56,156 bases of DNA from Bigelowiella natans CCMP2755 (taxonomy: Eukaryota; Protista; Cercozoa). The notes beneath the pieces are model-generated. The model saw only the letters and a list, made by a program, of their open reading frames with translations. It had not been told where the DNA came from and did no database searches. The position numbers and the translations under genes are program-made. The stretch spans positions 1 to 56,156 of the forward strand of contig ADNK01003048.1 in assembly GCA_000320545.1 (NCBI GenBank), in the 5' to 3' direction. Shown here piece by piece: positions 51,171 through 56,156 of the stretch (positions are counted from its first letter, which is position 1; each line of letters starts with the position of its first letter).

Positions 51171-51292
51171 TTTGTAAATGATAAAATAAATCTAAAAAAA
51201 TCAGGCTCCTAGCACACTTTTATGGTTACTATATGAATCTCTAAAGCGCCATTACAAATTGCTGAGCTAACTACATTCTTGTTTTAAATTTC

Positions 51293-52684
51293 TCATCGCT
51301 TCTCCTTAAGCTTGAATTGATCACGCAGGTTTTGTTGCTGTAGACGATGACTAGCTGCTGCAATGACATCTTTCACTCCAATATTGACGGCGGAGGCAGC
51401 ATCGTGATCCAGAATGAACTCGCTTGCGCCCACCAATTGGACTGGAAGGAGCTTGGGGGAAGGGGAGGGTGATTCTGATGACGACTGCGATGAAGAAACC
51501 GCTTCTCCTATTCATAGTCACGCATTTAATCACGTGAGACCACGCAGGAGAAAAAAATAGATTTAACGAGACCGAGCGCAGAGCATTTTGATTGAAGAAT
51601 AATTTTAAGAAAAAAAAAGGCACAAGTTGAAGACTTATCGTCAATATATCATATGTAGCGGAAAGAGAAAACATACCCCCTTTTGCAGGATCATTAAGCG
51701 CGAGGCCAATCGCCTCGCTCTTGGCCTTGCCAGTGGCCACGACGATAACCTTCTTGGCAGCCTTCAGGACCGGAAGAGTAAGTGTGATACGGGACAAAGG
51801 CGGTTTCGGAGAATCTCGGATGCTTGCGACGATCTGGGAACTCTCTTGCAGCAGTTCGTGTCCTGGGAATAAGGAGGCGACGTGGCCGTCGGGCCCCATC
51901 CCAAGTATTACAAGATCAAACACCGGCACCTGTGAGTAGTTGTCATCAAGTCGTCACAGCCAATTTTGGAAAAAGAAAGTATTGTAACACAATAGCACAC
52001 GGCTCCGAGAAGCACTCGGCAAGGCATCATGGGGATCTACTCCGCAGCAAATCGAGTCCAGTATCATATAGTCATATATACTTATGTTTATATCCATATG
52101 CATATGAACATATGTTATTGCTATTGATGTGCATCTTCTCTTACCCCATCGTCGTTCACTTCGGAGACAATATCTTCGACTAATCCCCCGTACCTACAGA
52201 TCATTCAAACAAGAGCAGCAGCAGTCAGCAAGAGCAAGAGCAAGAAGAAGTATTCCTTCAATCGGACGTGGAGCTCAGCAGAGAGGTGAAGATTCCTTCC
52301 TTCAAGGCAGAATATCAGAATTAATAGCAGATTTTCATGTTTCTGCCACTTTCTTGCCACCCCCCCCCCCCTCTCTCTCTGTGTGTGTCATTTCTTTCCC
52401 CTTTTCTTTTCCTACAATAGTTAGTAGTAGCAGTAGTAGTGGTAGTAGTAGTAGTACCGCAGGTGATATGGACACTCCTCGTTTGCATCGCTGATAAGAC
52501 GCAAAGTAGGTGGAAAAGGTGAGCAATCAAGACGCACGGTAAGCAGCTCGTAAGTACCATGGAAGGGGTTGATGGAAAAAAAAAAAAGCATTCCAGTCAA
52601 TACTCCATCGATACGAATAATATGAATATATGACACACTAACACAAACACACACATATTTATTCATCTATTATATTTATATATA

Positions 52685-52724
<40 letters not shown>

Positions 52725-55700
52725 TATATATTATCCGCATCATCGATGTTGCGTCGTGTAGTAGCGCCTACTACCTATAGCCTTCATCACGTTTCTGCTC
52801 GCAAGCCGTAGATCCAAGCCCATCAACCTCATGGACCTTGATGCTGGGGTCAAGCTCTTTCCTCAGGGCACCATAATTGCTGTCCGGGGAAGTGCTGCTG
52901 ACCTGCAGCAGTGCGATTATATTGTGGTGGTCATCACGTTGTCGTGGTTATCGGATAGAGGGGAGGGGGAGGGGGAGGAGGGAGAAGGCGTTTGGGGCGA
53001 GTTTTGATGTATATTATCGCAGCAGACGATAGCAATAGTAGCTCACCAGCCTCTCATCAGCCATGAATACATCCCAGAGGCCGTATGTGTAATCCTCTCC
53101 AGCTGCTTCTCCGTACTTAAGCGCCTTGCCTACGACAGTGTGGAAAAACACCCGTTTGAGGCTGGTGATGACGATGGCGAGGGTAACATTGGGAGTGGTT
53201 GGTGCTCATAAGTACACACGATGGTGATGAAGACGGTGAAAGGCCATTAACGGCAGCAAGAGCAAGTTCGTGATTAATAGCAAATGCAATAGCGAATCTA
53301 CACGTAAACACTCATATCATGTTTCAATTGATCGTTGAGGAGGAAAGAGGGTGAAACACCGGCGGACGGTGTCTAGCCCTGTCCTTCCGCAGAACTCGCA
53401 AAACACACTTGCGCCTCATCAAGGAGATTCATTCCCATTTCGTTGTTGTTGTTGTTATTGTTGTTATAAGAAAGAGCAGTTCTACTATCATTTTATACGA
53501 TATGTTTCCATACCAAGAACAGCAGGGAGGCTTCCTCCAGCGACTGCTATTGCAAATTGCTTCTGCCCCGCCTTCCTTCCGCGCGTACGTGTATTGGCCA
53601 ATGCCTCCTTTTCCGCATCGCCTACCACTCGCGACACTTCCGCAACTATTTCTGGCATTGAGCCGACGAATTTCAACGCTGATTGTACGAGTAGAGAGTT
53701 TGTGGGTTATAGGTATTTATTAGGTAAGGTGGTGTCAGAGGCGGGTGGGGGGGGGGGGGGGAATAGGGGTTAGGATTTCTATCAAACACCGCTCGAGCGG
53801 TTGCTATTTCACATACAAGAATAGGCGACTCCGAGGCTATTGTTGTACATCTTCAGTGCTGTGTGTTTTGCGGCAATTATCCACCATATTTGTGCGGTGA
53901 CGGAGGATACCGGGCAGACACATGTCGTCAACAAACGCTTCGATGACATGTCAGCTTTTATAAAAACCAATAGGAGCGAACCTGTACTCTCATCGTCGCC
54001 GAAATCAGACGCCGCCTCCATCTTTCCGTCCCTCTCCTCACGAACGGCGTTCGCGGTAGGCCCCTGGCTTTCCGCCCCATTACCAAGAACCTCCACTGTG
54101 AGAGAGGGAGGGGCTGGCGCACTCTTGGCCTCGCTGCCTTGTCCATCACGCATCGCTGCGGATTCAGGTCCCTTGGACCCCGGCGTGTATGTCGCGACCG
54201 GAATTTCGCCTCTATCCATAGCGTGGAGAACAGGCGTGAACACCCTCCAGGCCGCTTTGAGCTCGTCGCCGCGAATGAAAAGGGCTTTGTCGCCATTGAT
54301 AGCATCGAGGATGAGGCGTTCATATGCCTCAGGTATCCAAACGTGGCCCTCTGCGGCGGGCAGCGGGGGGGAGGAATCAACCAGCCGGAAATGAGCAATT
54401 GCAGGAGAGTTAGCGAACAGTCAATACATGTTATCACTTTTCTGTTGCGTTCGGAACATCGTCGTCATCATGAAATCATGGAAATTGGGGGCGAATGAGC
54501 ACAGATCGGCGCATTTGATATGGGACCCTCCCCCCCCATCCCCAACCCTTGTTCTATTGACCCCCGAGGACGAGAAACCGTCAGTTAAGCAAACAAAGCA
54601 CAGCCAAGGTAGGCATTGGCTAATAAAACAAGTGATTTGTAGCAGCACCATTGACACAACGGAGCGCACCTTTTTCATCGCTGAAGGCGTCTCTATACAG
54701 CAAATTGAGTTTCGTTGTCGTTAGCCTTGATGTCAGTCCTGGTACTTTGCTGGTGATGTTCATATACACCTAGATACCGAAAAGATGTCAGTAACGACAA
54801 AGAAAGAGGCAAGCAACTTGAGAGGATATGCATGATAGTCCTGTGATATTTCGTGAAAGCAGGAACTGCTGATGAAGCAGGCACGTTTAGGGTGTTTCCA
54901 CTCGAATACGTATCGTCGCCAAGCAAAAGCAAGCTACTTTCCACATGTTGTTTTTGCAAAAGGCTTCCCAAAACTATCTCCTTTCCTGGAGGATTTCTCC
55001 TCCGAGATTGGGGAAGTAAGAACTGGCGATTTGGGAGATAATTTGTATGATGTTGTACGACGAATGGCGGCGAGGATGATGATGATGATGATGATGATGA
55101 TAACGTACAGCTTCGTCTGGCTGCACGCGAATCACAAGCTCATTGTTAATTTTCGGCTCCTCCTCACTCCCTGCGAATTCGAAACAATGCATTGTAAGCT
55201 ATTGGCAAGAATCTCAAAATCCGGCATAGAACCGGCACAGGAAACATCGTGGAGGAGAGAACAAAGCGACTGCGTCGTAGCTTTGTATTCTAGTCTTGAA
55301 ATCCTAGGAATCGTATCGTTCCCGATCGCTCGATCGATATGCATTTCTCTCTCACTCACCATGGAAGATGCTGCTCCCCATTCCGGCCTTGAACTTTATT
55401 CGAATCTCTGCCTTCCTCTCCTCGAGGGCCTTGCCCGCCCGCATTGTGATGGGGACCCCTTCAAACCTGCCGACGGACGCGCAAAACCAAATGGGGGGGT
55501 GGGGGTGGGGGATCGTAAAAACCGATGCACTTAAACACACCATTTTTTTTATATACCACTAACGAATGGCAATTCGCATGCTCGTGCATTCGCACACCTT
55601 GGGCTTTTGGATCGAAGATAGATCTCTGCAAAGGTCGGTGTTTTGGAGCCCTCTTGGACTCCCTCGTGACCCAGATAGCTATGCGGTGGGATCATACAGG

Positions 55701-55814
55701 AACAACGGCAGCCGCACGGTGAAACACATGCTGCATTCATTCTTCAACATCAAAGTAGCATCACATACACACACACACACACATACACACCCACACACTC
55801 ACACACTCACACAC

Positions 55815-55857
<43 letters not shown>

Positions 55858-56156
55858 TTTCTCAAACGAATAACCGCATGGGTCAAGGGGAATACGCACC
55901 CTTCATACTGGCCAAGCGACACATCATCAACTCCAATGGTCTCGAGACTCCTCACAGCCTTCACCTTTTCCTGAAGACATTCAAAATAACACCACCGAGC
56001 AGAAGCATCTCTTATTGCCAGCAGCTATGAATCGTATCGGAAGGAGGGGGATAACAGGGGAGTGTCCTAGAGCTGCATCTTGACAGCAACATCATGCGGC
56101 ATTTCTGCATGAAACAGGGCATAACAACGGCGCTCAACATCGCCTTGCATGCATGC
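51293..56156 (-). CDS. G6PD::6PGL: Bifunctional glucose-6-phosphate dehydrogenase::6-phosphogluconolactonase; 5' part lies outside the window
   Basis: G6PD exons [82 protein letters not shown]. 6PGL exons [58 protein letters not shown]. Confidence 0.9.

Noticed and set aside
53840-54498. Plus-strand 184-aa and 119-aa ORFs
   Set aside because: They are antisense to a GC-rich G6PD exon.

Overview
Intron-rich eukaryotic nuclear DNA with microsatellite-filled introns, a TTAGGG tract and one protein with an apparent signal plus transit peptide. This points to a flagellated alga with a secondary plastid, probably a chlorarachniophyte (inference). About 14 genes or gene candidates were assembled by hand from GT/GC-AG exons: an LRR protein, a triple-domain glycosyltransferase-like protein, a degenerate ARF-like protein, RPGRIP1L/fantom, an alpha/beta hydrolase, an orphan ORF, BolA, an unknown gene, an EEP hydrolase, an ankyrin-array protein, a BAR-like protein, a YqeH/NOA1-type GTPase, a ricin-B lectin and a G6PD::6PGL fusion. 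Two observations stand out. (1) Intergenic repeat blocks have lost TpA almost completely except in CTAG, with apparent TpA->TpG/CpA conversion, the reverse direction of fungal RIP. This suggests an adenine-directed, repeat-targeted hypermutation system. (2) A predicted myristoylated ankyrin protein is built from near-identical one-repeat exon/intron cassettes that vary mainly at binding-surface positions. It lies between two hypermutated blocks and shares an upstream element with the lectin gene. Exon boundaries and counts are manual and approximate.
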